This document shows, piece after piece, positions 17,467-29,000 of a stretch of DNA of 37,339 bases. The notes below the pieces were generated by a model. It ran no database searches, was not told the origin of the DNA, and worked only from the letters and a program-made list of their open reading frames with translations. Where the stretch lies: NCBI GenBank assembly GCA_944376495.1, contig CALWCW010000086.1, forward strand, positions 1 through 37,339, read 5' to 3'. Source of the stretch: an uncultured Clostridia bacterium. GTDB taxonomy: Bacteria; Bacillota; Clostridia; Christensenellales; UBA1242. The first letter of the stretch is position 1; every line of letters begins with the position of its first letter. The translations under genes were made by a program, and so were the position numbers.

Positions 17467-17888
17467 GCCATTCCCTTTAAAACTTCTTGAACCATTCTCA
17501 TATCACATTTGCCATTGTAATTCTCTTTAAAATATTTCATTACTATTGAAATCGACTTATCTGGCAAAGAAGTAATTATCTCTTTGATTTCATCTTCAGA
17601 TAACATCTTTGGAAGATATTTTTTTGCTATTTCAATTTGATATTCAATATTTTCAACTTCTTTATCATTCCCAACCTTGCTATAATTTTGTTTTTCTTCC
17701 TCAAGTTCTTTGATGGTCTTTTGAAAGATATTTGAAATATCAGCATCTTCAATATCCCCACCTTTTTCACGTTTTCTTATTTCTTCAAGTTTAATTTTAT
17801 TTAAAACAACACTATAAAAATTTCTTGCAACAACATCTTTATCCTTCATTGCTTGTATATTTGCCTTTTTAATTTCATCGTATAACAT
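17463..17888 (-). CDS. GatB/YqeY domain protein
   Basis: AMKDKD...YLPKMLSEDEI...VMK...GKCD. Overlaps the next gene (ATGA). Confidence 0.85.
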   Translation of the reverse strand: MLYDEIKKANIQAMKDKDVVARNFYSVVLNKIKLEEIRKREKGGDIEDADISNIFQKTIKELEEEKQNYSKVGNDKEVENIEYQIEIAKKYLPKMLSEDEIKEIITSLPDKSISIVMKYFKENYNGKCDMRMVQEVLKGMA

Positions 17889-18078
17889 ATAAATCTCCTT
17901 TTACGAATAAATTATATAAAATTTTTGAAAATAATCAAAATAAAATCATGTAAATAAATAATTTATATTGCTATATTTTGTTTATAAAATAAAATTCGTT
18001 TTGCTTTTGTTATTTTAAATAAACTAAATATAAATCTATATTATTTTAACTATTTAAATAAAAATTTTAACATTTCTC

Positions 18079-18107
18079 TTGACAAAAGAAGTATTTTTGA
18101 TTATAAT
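18079..18107 (+). promoter_or_regulatory. Consensus SigA promoter of the tRNA
   Basis: TTGACA-17 bp-TATAAT. Confidence 0.85.
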
Positions 18108-18124
18108 CTTTGCATAACACTTTT

Positions 18125-18201
18125 GGCAGCATAGCTCAGCTGGCTAGAGCGCAAGATTCATACTCTTGAGGTCACTGGTTCGATCCCAGTTGCTGCTACC
18201 A
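18125..18201 (+). tRNA. tRNA-Met (CAT), elongator-type
   Basis: Acceptor stem ggcagca/tgctgct, D arm AGCTCAGCTGGCTAGAGC, anticodon arm caaga-ttCATac-tcttg, T loop GGTTCGATCC, encoded CCA. Confidence 0.93.
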
Positions 18202-18218
18202 TATTTTCTAAATCAAAC

Positions 18219-18243
18219 GAAGTCTTGTTGCGACTTCTTTTTT
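18219..18243 (+). terminator. Terminator after tRNA
   Basis: gaagtc-ttgttgc-gacttc followed by a T tract. Confidence 0.7.
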
Positions 18244-18271
18244 ATTTAAATTGACATATAGGAGAATTAAA

Positions 18272-18529
18272 ATGATTCATTCATTATCTGGCGGAGAATT
18301 AAAAATAAACAATTCATATGACTTTGCAAAAGTTGAAAATTTAAATAACGGAGATATTTATTGGTATATTTCACCTTTTCCTTCTTTAAAAATAAATGAT
18401 ATTGTTTTAGTCCCTTTAAAAGAAAATCAAATTAAAGGCAGAGTGATAAGAATTGATAAAAATGTTTCTGAACAATCTTTTCCTATTCCTATAAAGAGAA
18501 TGAGAAAAATCATAAAAATACTATCTTAA
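18272..18529 (+). CDS. Small hypothetical protein
   Basis: Start moved to ATG 18272, behind AGGAG. Contains an SH3-like LKINDIVLVP...GRV motif. Confidence 0.7.
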   Translation: MIHSLSGGELKINNSYDFAKVENLNNGDIYWYISPFPSLKINDIVLVPLKENQIKGRVIRIDKNVSEQSFPIPIKRMRKIIKILS

Positions 18530-18591
18530 ATTTTTAATTTATTTTCAAAAATTTAAATATTTTCTATTATTAATTTTATAAATAGCAAATA

Positions 18592-18623
18592 AAAAAAATC
18601 GGCTTGAAAATTCCGATTTTTTT
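18592..18623. terminator. Bidirectional terminator
   Basis: aaaaaaatcgg...ccgattttttt between convergent genes. Confidence 0.75.
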
Positions 18624-18625
18624 AT

Positions 18626-18832
18626 TTAGTTTAAACCATATTTTTTATTGAATTTTTCAACGTTACCGCTTGCATCAACAACCTTTTTCTTCCCTGTAAA
18701 GAAAGGATGACATTTATTGCAAATATCTATTGATAAAGTATCACCTTTTACATTTGATTTTGTTTTAAAAGTATTGCCACAAGCACAAACAACGGTAACT
18801 TCATGATAATCTGGATGAATTTCTTTTTTCAT
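18626..18832 (-). CDS. rpmE: 50S ribosomal protein L31 (Zn-binding type)
   Basis: [23 protein letters not shown]. Confidence 0.96.
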   Translation of the reverse strand: MKKEIHPDYHEVTVVCACGNTFKTKSNVKGDTLSIDICNKCHPFFTGKKKVVDASGNVEKFNKKYGLN

Positions 18833-18851
18833 TGTTTTCTCCTTTTAAAAA

Positions 18852-19118
18852 TTAATCTCCAACATATGGAAGTAATGCCATATTTCTTGCTCTTTTGATT
18901 GCTGTGCAAAGTTCACGTTGATGATATGAGCAAACACCTGTTTGACGTCTTGGAACAATTTTTCCTTTTTCAGTGACGTATTTTTTAATCTTTGCAATAT
19001 CTTTATAATCAATAACTTTTTCGCCAGCTATACAAAAAGCACAAACTTTTTTCTTTGAAACAGGTTTACGAAATTTTTTAACAACAACCTTTTCTTCAGT
19101 TTTTACTGTATCAGCCAT
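18852..19118 (-). CDS. rpsR: 30S ribosomal protein S18
   Basis: [18 protein letters not shown], and AIKRAR..ALLPY. Confidence 0.96.
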   Translation of the reverse strand: MADTVKTEEKVVVKKFRKPVSKKKVCAFCIAGEKVIDYKDIAKIKKYVTEKGKIVPRRQTGVCSYHQRELCTAIKRARNMALLPYVGD

Positions 19119-19137
19119 TATCTTTATCTCCTTTTAA

Positions 19138-19554
19138 TTAAAATGGTAAACTGTCATCATCAATTGGTTCAAGTTCAACAGAGTCCGCACTAACTGTTTT
19201 TTCATTAGTCATAACAGCAGAGTCTGTATCAGTTGGTTTGCTACCTAAAAATTCAACATCGTCAGCAACAATTTCAGTTGAATAACGTTTTGTCCCATCA
19301 CTTGCTTCATAAGAAGAATTTTGTATTCTTCCACTTATCGCACATTTTGAACCTTTCTTTAAAAATTTATGACAGATGTCAGCAAGTCCTCTCCAAACGA
19401 CAATATTGAAAAAGTCTGCTTGAGGAGCATTGCTATCATTTGAGCCAAATCTTCTTGGAACTGCTATTGAAAATCGGCAAACTGAAACACCGCTATTTGT
19501 AGTTGTAATTTCAGGGTCTCTTGCCAAGTTTCCTATTAAATATACTTTATTCAT
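19138..19554 (-). CDS. ssb: Single-stranded DNA-binding protein
   Basis: MNKVYLIGNLARDPE and C-terminal DDDSLPF. Confidence 0.96.
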   Translation of the reverse strand: MNKVYLIGNLARDPEITTTNSGVSVCRFSIAVPRRFGSNDSNAPQADFFNIVVWRGLADICHKFLKKGSKCAISGRIQNSSYEASDGTKRYSTEIVADDVEFLGSKPTDTDSAVMTNEKTVSADSVELEPIDDDSLPF

Positions 19555-19593
19555 AATATCTCCTTATTTTTGTTCTTACAGTTTATTTGTAAA

Positions 19594-19875
19594 TTATTTA
19601 CGAACAAACATTTGACGAACAATACCTTCTGTGATGTTCATGAGTTTTGCCATTGCGTCAACTTCTTGAGGATCCATAGTTATATTCATAAGCACATAAA
19701 ATCCTTCGTTTTTGAAGTCAATTGGATAAGCAAATTTTCTCATTCCCCACTTGTCAATTCCTTCGATAGTGCCGTTTTTGCTTTCAACGTATTGAGAGAA
19801 TTTTTTTATTAATTCCTCACGTTGTTCTTCGGCTACATCAGAAGAAATGATGTAAAGAAGTTCATACTTATTCAT
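19594..19875 (-). CDS. rpsF: 30S ribosomal protein S6
   Basis: MNKYELLYI, WGMRKFAYPI, EGFY. Confidence 0.96.
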   Translation of the reverse strand: MNKYELLYIISSDVAEEQREELIKKFSQYVESKNGTIEGIDKWGMRKFAYPIDFKNEGFYVLMNITMDPQEVDAMAKLMNITEGIVRQMFVRK

Positions 19876-19947
19876 GTTTTACCTCCTTTTGGACTAAATT
19901 GGTTTTTTGCTATACACAAAAAACAAGGACAGTAAATTCTACTGCTT
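19876..19947 (-). promoter_or_regulatory. rpsF (S6:S18) ribosomal leader RNA
   Basis: Minus strand reads tccttg-[ttttttg..caaaaaa hairpin]-cc..ttagtccaaaaggaggt, the layout of Firmicute S6:S18 leaders. Confidence 0.65.
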
Positions 19948-19954
19948 GAGTATG

Positions 19955-19983
19955 ATTATACATTCTTTTGCCTTGTTTGTCAA
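19955..19983 (-). promoter_or_regulatory. Consensus SigA promoter of the rpsF operon
   Basis: Minus strand TTGACA-17 bp-TATAAT. Confidence 0.85.
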
Positions 19984-20133
19984 GAAATTTCTTTAAATAA
20001 ATAATATATCATTAAAACAAATTATACTTTTTATTCTTTTAATTCTTTTTATTTAAAAATAAATCCTATTACATTTTTAATTTGTTCTTCATTTGTTTTT
20101 ATATGTAAAATCATTTCTTTCTATAAAAAGATA

Positions 20134-20160
20134 AATCTCTTTTCTTTACGAAAAGAGATT
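20134..20160 (-). terminator. Probable terminator after the LRR gene
   Basis: aatctctttt...aaaagagatt inverted repeat. Confidence 0.55.
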
Positions 20161-20182
20161 ATCAAAACTTTTTTTATAACAA

Positions 20183-22669
20183 TCATTGAGCCACTTTATA
20201 ATAATTATTATAAATTTTACCATTATAAATTATATTTTGCTGACCTAATACATAAGAATCATTTAATATATACTCATGTCCTTCGTCAAATTCGCTATTT
20301 ATAAAGATGTTCGCTGCACCAATATTATAATCACCATCTATCATCGACTCAAAAACTAATTGCGAATCAATATAAATAAAACTTTCGTCAGTCACTCCCG
20401 CAAAAGTATTAATATCAATTTCTTCAACTGAAGAAGGAAGCACAAATTCGTTTATCATTGATGAGTAAATAAATCTATCTGAAATAGTTTTTATAGTTGC
20501 CTCTTCTTCAAAAGTGAATGTTGATAAATTATCACAATAAGCAAATGCGTAACTACCTATATATTCCACACTTTTAGGTATAGTGATTTGATAAACATCA
20601 GAATAAGCAAAAGCATATGCTTCAATCATTTTAACAGAGTTTGGTATATTAATTTCTATGATAGGACTTCTATAAAACGCTCTTTCACCTATTATTTCAA
20701 CATAATCAGGTATATTATTATCAAGTCCTAAAATGAGTTTATTATTCGCCTTTTCAATTAAAGTCTGTCCATTGACATCTTCATAATATTGATTTTCGTT
20801 ATCAACTTCAATTGTCGTAAGTGAACTTCTATTTATAAGACCTATTGAATAAACATTTTTAGGTATGAATAAATTTTTTATTAACGTCCCATAAAATGCG
20901 TTATCACCAATTTGAAGTAAACTTTCAGGTAGCGATACACTTGTCAAAGCACTTGATGAAAATGCGTTGTTTCCTATTATCTCTAGTCCGTTTGGTAATT
21001 CTATTTGATTAAGTCTTGGACAAGAATATAACGCATAATTTTCTATTTCCTTTATCTCACCTAAAAACGTAACATTAGATAAACTATTGCAATTTGAAAA
21101 CGTATTGTTTGAAATCTTCGTAACATATTGAGGAATAGTTATGTTGTTAAGATATTTACAATTTGAAAAAGCAAAACTCCCTATAAACCTTATTGAATTT
21201 GGCAAGGAAATATTTTGCAATAGATAAGGTTCTTCTCCAAAAAATTCCCAAATAGGATTCACATAAAACGCTTTACTCGCTATTTTATAAACATCAAACA
21301 TTTCGTTTTGATACGTAATGGTATCATAAACTGTTAGATTGGTGCTAGATTTTGTCCCGCCTATCACTTGTGCTTTGTTTACATCTAAATAAAGCCTATA
21401 ATTTACATTTTGATAACTGACTGTTGTTGTATTATTGTTGAAAAGTGCGTAATATGTCTTTGGGGAAGTAAAATTATACTCAATTTTAATAGTGGCATCT
21501 TCTGAAAAAATAGGATTTTCAATTGAGTCCTCTGTCCAGCCTAAAAATGTTCCTTGTGACGTAGAGGCAGTTAAAGTTAAAATATTGCCGTAAACAAGTT
21601 CTCCTTCATAGTTCGCCGAGCCAAGATTATAATCAGTGCTATAAACATAAAAGGTATGATATTCCGCTGTTTCTTCCCAAAGTGCAGAAAATTCTAAATT
21701 CCCTGTTGTGCCAGTTGGAATAGTAACATTTTTTGTAGCAGTCGTCAGCCACTGCCCAATCCAACCTAAAAATGTAAAGCCCTCTCTTGTTGGGTTTGGA
21801 ATTTCAATAACTTCGCTATCGACGTTATAACTTGTCACAAGTCCATCAACTTGCCCACCATTTAGGTTATAAGAAATGGTATATTCCACTCTTTCCGTTT
21901 CAAAATATAGTGTTATATCATCTGCCGGCATTTTGAATTTAAAATCATAAATTTCCACCTCTTCATTATTAAGAATATAATAAATTCTACTTATTTCATA
22001 CCCTGGAGAAAGTGATGGCGTAATATTAATTTCTATTCCATAATTTGCGGAAGAATAATCGGTTGTTATTATTCCGTAATCAGAACTGTTGTCAATTAAA
22101 ATATCGTAAAAAAGAATATTATAATTAAAATAAATTGTAATAGTATTTGCAGGCATTGTAAAAGAATTGTCAGTTATATAAATAGGTTCAGTTTTGCCAC
22201 TTTCTATATAATAAGCCTCGCCAAATTCATAGCCCGCATCAGCGAACACCTCAAATTGAACAACTTCGCCATAACTTGCAGAATCTTGAATATTTACATT
22301 CCCGTTTTGGCTGTCTATTGAAATAGTATAGTCACGCAACTGATAATTTGCCCTATAAGAGCCCATCGTTTCATTTGATATAATAAAGGAATAAATATAT
22401 TCGGTGCTCACAATTTCGCCATCTCGTGTCCAGTTCAAAAAGTTATAACCATTTTGTCTAGGAGCAATCAAAGTCACCTCTTGTCCCTCTATATATTCTC
22501 CGCCTCCTGAAAGTTCACTTGAAATAGTATCATAATTGCAACTTAAATCAATTGTATAAATAGGTTTTTTCCAAACAAATAAATATAGCATAACAAAAAG
22601 AATAACGACCACAACAGCCGACCCTAATATAGACAAATATAGTGCCAATTTTTTCCTTTTGCTATTCAT
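20183..22669 (-). CDS. BspA-type leucine-rich-repeat surface protein with InlB B-repeat-like domains
   Basis: N-terminal TM anchor; GYNFLNW and YTISYNLNGG...PTREGFTFLGW repeats; many IP..V..IG..AF LRRs. Confidence 0.85.
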   Translation of the reverse strand: MNSKRKKLALYLSILGSAVVVVILFVMLYLFVWKKPIYTIDLSCNYDTISSELSGGGEYIEGQEVTLIAPRQNGYNFLNWTRDGEIVSTEYIYSFIISNETMGSYRANYQLRDYTISIDSQNGNVNIQDSASYGEVVQFEVFADAGYEFGEAYYIESGKTEPIYITDNSFTMPANTITIYFNYNILFYDILIDNSSDYGIITTDYSSANYGIEINITPSLSPGYEISRIYYILNNEEVEIYDFKFKMPADDITLYFETERVEYTISYNLNGGQVDGLVTSYNVDSEVIEIPNPTREGFTFLGWIGQWLTTATKNVTIPTGTTGNLEFSALWEETAEYHTFYVYSTDYNLGSANYEGELVYGNILTLTASTSQGTFLGWTEDSIENPIFSEDATIKIEYNFTSPKTYYALFNNNTTTVSYQNVNYRLYLDVNKAQVIGGTKSSTNLTVYDTITYQNEMFDVYKIASKAFYVNPIWEFFGEEPYLLQNISLPNSIRFIGSFAFSNCKYLNNITIPQYVTKISNNTFSNCNSLSNVTFLGEIKEIENYALYSCPRLNQIELPNGLEIIGNNAFSSSALTSVSLPESLLQIGDNAFYGTLIKNLFIPKNVYSIGLINRSSLTTIEVDNENQYYEDVNGQTLIEKANNKLILGLDNNIPDYVEIIGERAFYRSPIIEINIPNSVKMIEAYAFAYSDVYQITIPKSVEYIGSYAFAYCDNLSTFTFEEEATIKTISDRFIYSSMINEFVLPSSVEEIDINTFAGVTDESFIYIDSQLVFESMIDGDYNIGAANIFINSEFDEGHEYILNDSYVLGQQNIIYNGKIYNNYYKVAQ

Positions 22670-22986
22670 ATCATTATTTTATCACAAAATATCAATTATT
22701 AAAAGTAATTTTTGATGTCAAGATAAAAATTTATTATATTAATTCTTTCTAAAAATTAATATTAATATATAAAATAAAAATTATTATAAAAAAATAATTA
22801 ATAAAATTTAAAATATACAAAAAATTAATAAAAATATTTATAAATTAAAAATTAATTAAAAAAAATAAATAAATTTAAATAATTAATATTTTTTTAAATA
22901 AATGATTTATTAATAAAAATAATTATTATGAAAATTAATTTCAAACTGCTTATAAGATTAAAGCGAAAGAAACCTTGCGTTGCAAA

Positions 22987-23018
22987 AAAAATACTCTATA
23001 TTTCTATAGAGTATTTTT
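22987..23018 (-). terminator. Intrinsic terminator after the giant gene
   Basis: aaaaatactctata-tttc-tatagagtattttt perfect 14-bp inverted repeat, with a T tract on the minus strand. Confidence 0.8.
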
Positions 23019-23019
23019 A

Positions 23020-26000
23020 TTAGTTATTAGCAATCTCATCAAGTTCTTTCTTGCGGTTTCTTCTAATGATGAAGATTATTAGTATTATAAGTGCTATCAA
23101 AAGAATTATTCCGCCAATTACAGACAAGATTACAACCAAAGTATTATCACTTTGAACAATTTCGGCATTTTCACCTAGATGCCAGAACAATCCATTATAA
23201 GATGTTGAAGGATTTGAATAAGTTGTATAGTGAACAATATTTGACATTTGATATCTTCCAAGATACATATATCCATTAAATGGATTTTCTTCTGTTCCTA
23301 TAGGTTCCCAATATTTACCAGAGAAGTTTATATTGTTTGTCACTCTATAGTAACATTCTGAATATTTTGTATCTTCATTAAGCATTATGCCATTGTTTAC
23401 AAGATATGCAACATACGCAAAGTCATTTACATCATTTATAAGGAATGGACTGTCTTCTGTTCCTTCACCTTGAAGAGCGTATTCTTCAAAATCACCTTCA
23501 ATCCAAACCAATCTATTGAAGTAAACATTTATTGAAATATTATAATTGAAATAGGTTTCCATAAAGTTTTCATCAATAACAATTCCGTTTTCTGTCAATC
23601 TGTCAGTTATATTATATAGATAATCAGTTTGGACGTAAATGTCTGCAATTTCATAGTTTGAAAGAGTATCAATTTTAAGATAAACAGTTTGCCCAAAAGG
23701 AGTATCATAGGTGTTGTTCGTTGACACAGATTGTTCAACTCCATTTGCATCAACAAATCTTAATCTTCCAGCAAGAGCGTATTCACTGTTGCTCACAGCA
23801 TTGTTTACATAAGCATTGAATTGGAATCTGATATTTTCTCTTGTCGATTTAAATACTAGATCAAGATCATATTCATCACCATTTTGTGTAAGATGTTGAG
23901 CTGAAATATCATAGCCATAAACAAGTGTCGCATCAGCGCCAGATGAAAGTTTAAAGTCCCCTCCAACCATTTCAAAGCCATAGCCTTGATGTTGTCGAAC
24001 AACTATTTCAATCTTATCGCCAACTTTAGCATTAAATTCAGTATCATTTTCAACAAGTTCTCCATTTAAATAAACCCCTTCAAGTTCATGGTGTAAAATC
24101 ACGTCTTGATAATCAAGAGTTATGTTGACATTTTTGCCCTCATAAACTGCCTTTAAGTAAAGTGGTTCGGTCAAGAGTGTATCAAATGTATAAGTTGTTT
24201 TTTCGCTTATGATATCATATTCGCCATAGATTTTTTCACCTGTTTCAGTGTTTTCCCAGTATAAGAAATTGTATCCTTCATTAACTGTTGCCTCAAGAGT
24301 AACTTCTTTATTAGGGTCAAAAGTTGAGCCAGTTAAGATTGTTCCATCTTGAACAACAGAGCTTGTTCCTGCAACAATAGAAGAATTTAATGTTTCTATT
24401 TCCATTGTAAATTTAGGATAGTAAATTGCTTGTATTACATAATTTCCTTGAGGGAATTGCATCTGGAATGTTGATGCCATTTGAACTGGCTCGCCACCAT
24501 CCATTGAAACAAGCCAATACATAAATTCATAACCTTCATATTCATAAGCCTGTAGTGTTAAACTTATTCCAGAATTTACTTCAGCATACCACTTGTTATC
24601 TTGTGGAAGCCAAGCGGTTGATGTATCAATGTTTATAATTACATCTGTTATGCTAACATTTGACAGTTTGTCACTAAAGCCACTAGGCATAAAGTCGATT
24701 GTGATTGTTGACTTGTTATAAAGCCAAGCAGCATAAATAGTGAATGTGTCTGTAGCCTCATCGAAATTTGATGCTGCAACATATGTTGAACCACTAACCA
24801 CGTAACTTTCTTCAAGCCATGGTCCTGTAACTCTGCCTTGTCTGTCAACGTAGCAAGTGCCATAACCTTGTTGCATTGTGTAATATCCTTGAAGTGTAAA
24901 CCCTGTTCTTTGTTGGAAAATCAATGCTCTTTGTTCGTCAGTAAGACCATTCAATGAGAATTCTCTTCCATATGTCAATACACCATCTAGAACAACTGAA
25001 TCGTTTTCATTAATATAGAATCTTAAGTTGTAAACTTTTGGAGTAACATAAATATATATTGTTGCATCAGTATTAACATCTGTTATGCTTATATCTGCAC
25101 TATTTGAGAACCCTGTTTGCATAATATCTGTGTCTATAACTTGACCGAATAGTATTTCGCCAACAAATTCATCTTCGCCTTGGGTATATACAATTTGATA
25201 TTTAACTGTTCCATCTTCATTACGTGCAAGATTATATGAAATTCCAGAATTAACTGTTGCGATAAGGTCAGAATCTGTGATTGCTGTCACTTTTGTATTA
25301 TGCGTTCCATTTCCGCTAGCAGTAACAAGAGCAGAAGATGTTTCAACATAAGTTTTACCAGCCATTACAGGTTCAGTTGAGCCTTCAAGCACATAGACAA
25401 TGTTTATAACATTTTCATTTGCAGTAAACACAGCATAAATATTTGCACCTTCATGAACTCCACTGAAACTATGAACTTGCTTTCCGTTTACAGTAAATTC
25501 ACTATGAGTAACTCTTGAACTATCACTTCTCATTGTTCCACTGAAACCGCTTCTTGGTTCCATTACAAAGTATAAGGTTTCATCAGTGTAAGTTTGAACT
25601 TGATAATCATAACCAATATAACGAACTCCATTATTTTCTAGATAATATGAATCGTCAAGTCTTTCACCTTGTCTATCAACCAAATAGACAACACCACCTT
25701 CATTTGAGCCAAGATTTTCAACATAGTTTACCATGATTCCTGCTCTAACAGTAACATACGCCTCGCTTGCTTTGAATGAAACTTCAATTAAGCCCATAGG
25801 ATTGTTTACATCAACCGGAATAGTAAGGGTTTTTGCAACCTCATCATAAGTAAACTCTAGATTTGTTGCAACCTCTCCGTCAAACATTAATTGATTAAAC
25901 TCATAACCATCATCTGGGTTAAGATTAATAATAATGTTAGACCCTAAATTAAGTTCACGAATAACCGTATTGCCTGCTGTTACACTAACAGGTTCCATGC

Positions 26001-29000
26001 CGTCTTGATAGAAACTATAATTTCCTCGGCTTCCTGTTCTAAATGAAACAGAGAAGATTTTTTCTTTGTAAGTCGCAAAGATTAAAACTGTTTGGTCATG
26101 ACCGAATGCCTCTAATAAGTCTTTTAATGAACTATCAATTGTTATAGTTGCAGGACTATCAGTTGAAATTATTGTGTTAAATATTTCCCAACCAGAGAAA
26201 ATGTAGTCAATTGCTAATGTGTTTTGACTTAATGATATTGTTTCACCAAAATCCGCAGTTAAAGTCGTTTGAGATGTAATTTCTCCGTAAGTTTCTTGTC
26301 CTTCTTTAACTGACACATTAAAGTTGAATGTTCTTGCCTTTGCTGTCATATTGATAGTAAATGACTCATTTATTCCTTCAATTGTTGCCGTCAACTCATA
26401 AACTGAATTTCTATTAATCCATGAGTAATCTTGAGCAGTTACAAAATCAGGTGTAGTTTCAATTAAAGGTTCAGTATAACCATAATTTAAAGTTGCCACA
26501 ACTTGTATTGTTTGACCTGTTTTAATTGAATAAGTTGTGCCTGTAGTAAGTATTGATTGTCCATTGAATGTAAGACCGCTAAAGTATGCACTAATATCTG
26601 GAATTGTGACAATATTTGTAGAAGGCTCAGCAGATACGTTCAAAGTTGCATCTGTCACAAAATCAATCCAAGTAACATACAAAGTCTTTTTATCTTCAGA
26701 TGTTGTAGCAGTAATTGAACCACCTCTTGCGTAAATCTTACTTGCATCGGCAGGATTAAATTCATAACCCTTTGTGGCGTTAAATACAAGTGTGATTGTG
26801 CTTTCAGTCTTTGCAATGAACTCATTAAGATTTTCAACTGCTTCTTCATCATTGATTTTAACTGTAAATGATTCTACATTTTCTGTATAAATATTGATTG
26901 TATTGTCACCCGGCAATGATTGCAATGTCAATGTATCATCTTCGTAAAGATTTTTGATAGTAATCACATTTGAATTATTTTCATCTCTAGTGATTTGACC
27001 TTTAAAGTCGGCCTCATCAACTATTTCAAAAACATAGCCAGTGTTTGGAGTAACTGTGATTACAAGTTCGCCCTCTTCGTAAATAATGTCATATTCAAAG
27101 CCAGATGTTATTTCATTTCCGTATGCGTTTACAGAAATTTTGTCATCAAATTCAATTGTAAGAGTATAAGGATTATTTACCCATTCAGCAGTGAGAGTGA
27201 TTGTCCAGTCTCCTGTTGAATTTGAACCAATAGAATGGAAGATATATTCTCCAATTTCCTCTTCATTAGAACCATCTTGTTTATAATATACTCCATCTGG
27301 AGCAACCCAAAGATTACTCTTCCCTGTCATTGATGCAGTTGGGAATGGTTGTGTAAATGCACTGCCATAAACTGCGTTTATAGGAGTATCAGATGACAAC
27401 TCTCCACCATTTGCATTAAAGTAAATTGTATAGTTTTCTCCGAGCCAATTTGCAGAAACTTGAACAGAAGAATCTGTAAGAAGTGTTGGATATGCTTGAT
27501 CTACAATCTGCATAAGAGTGTTTGTTCCAATAGGAGTTCTGCTTGCACCTAACATATAACTATAACTATCTAAATAGTAAGTGCCGTCAGTAACTGTAAG
27601 TCTTGGCAAGTCACCCTGAACTAACGATTCAAGTTCGCTATAAGTCAATGTAACTTCGTCAACTTCAGTTCCTGTTTGGCTTGTCCAGTTTGGAATGTTA
27701 GGGTCAATAACGAATGTTATTAAAATATCTTCAAAGTAAACATCAAGAGTAATGTTGTTTCCAACTTTTTCTATTATAGCAGTTCCAATATTATTTCCAA
27801 CATCGTTAAAGTTGCTACCAATGCTATCACCAGCAGTCATATTGTAATAAGCAACCTTGTAGCCTCTATTACCAGTAACATTAATATTAATGTCGGCAAA
27901 GTAACGAACTGTATAACCACTTTGAGCATCACCGAGAACATAACCTTCGCTACCCGCACGAGCGGTTATTGTAAAACTAGCAAGTTGAGCGGATGGTGAT
28001 TTAACAGTCATGTTATAATATTCTATTTCCCAAACTGTGTAAACATTAATTGTTGCATCATCATCTGTATAAGCAATTTCTGAAAGCAATGACTCAATAT
28101 TTTCAGCAGTGATTGAAATATAATTATCCCCGCTTAAATATTTCCAGCCAACCACTTTATAACCTTTACGTGTTGGATAAGTCATTCTTGAAATCATATC
28201 ATCAGCACTTTCATTAATAGGATATTCAAATGAGAATGTAGGTACTGTGACAATAGGAGTTAATCCATCTTCAACAAATTCCCCGTCAGTAACCAAATCT
28301 TCATTTTCTTCGTTTGCAACAACTATAAAGTTAATTGAAAATTTGTTGATGATCCCAGTTACATTATCTTTAACTGTATAATTCACTGCATCATCGCCAG
28401 TTAAATCAATTGTAACTTTATGAGTACCAACCTCCGCACTAGCGTATTTACTTGCTTCTTCATCAATGCTTACATCGTCTCCATCTTCGATATATCCGTC
28501 AAGTGAGCCAGAGAATGAATCTGGTAAATCTGTAGTCGAATCATAGTTTTTAACAATTGCAAGCCAAGACAAATCAAGTTCTTGTCTTTGAATTGTCAAT
28601 TGAACAGAGTAGCCATCCTCGCTAATGCCACTAAAGTTTGTTGAAGTGATTACAATTGTAACCGCCTTGTTTCCAGCCTTAAGACTTCCTGATAAAGAAA
28701 GGTCTGCACTGTTTGCGCTCCAACTTGACACCGTAATAAAGTTATTTGAAAGGTCTGAAGTTACACCATCAATATTTATTGTCACTCCACTTGTCATGGT
28801 CAACAAATTATTTAGTGATGTATTTCCATATAAGTCACCATAAGTGAGAAGAGCGTTGTTAAACTGAATAGAAACGTTAGTCACTGCAAGTGGAGTAATT
28901 TCTGCTTTGTTAAAATCATTATTTGCAATGTAGTAGTTTCCAGCATCTTTACCGGATATAGCAAGAGTGTTTAAGGTAAGGTTTTGTCCTGCTTCTGCTT

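Noticed and set aside
18125-18529. tRNA-Met as an integration site
   Set aside because: No integrase and no duplicated tRNA 3' end seen in the window.
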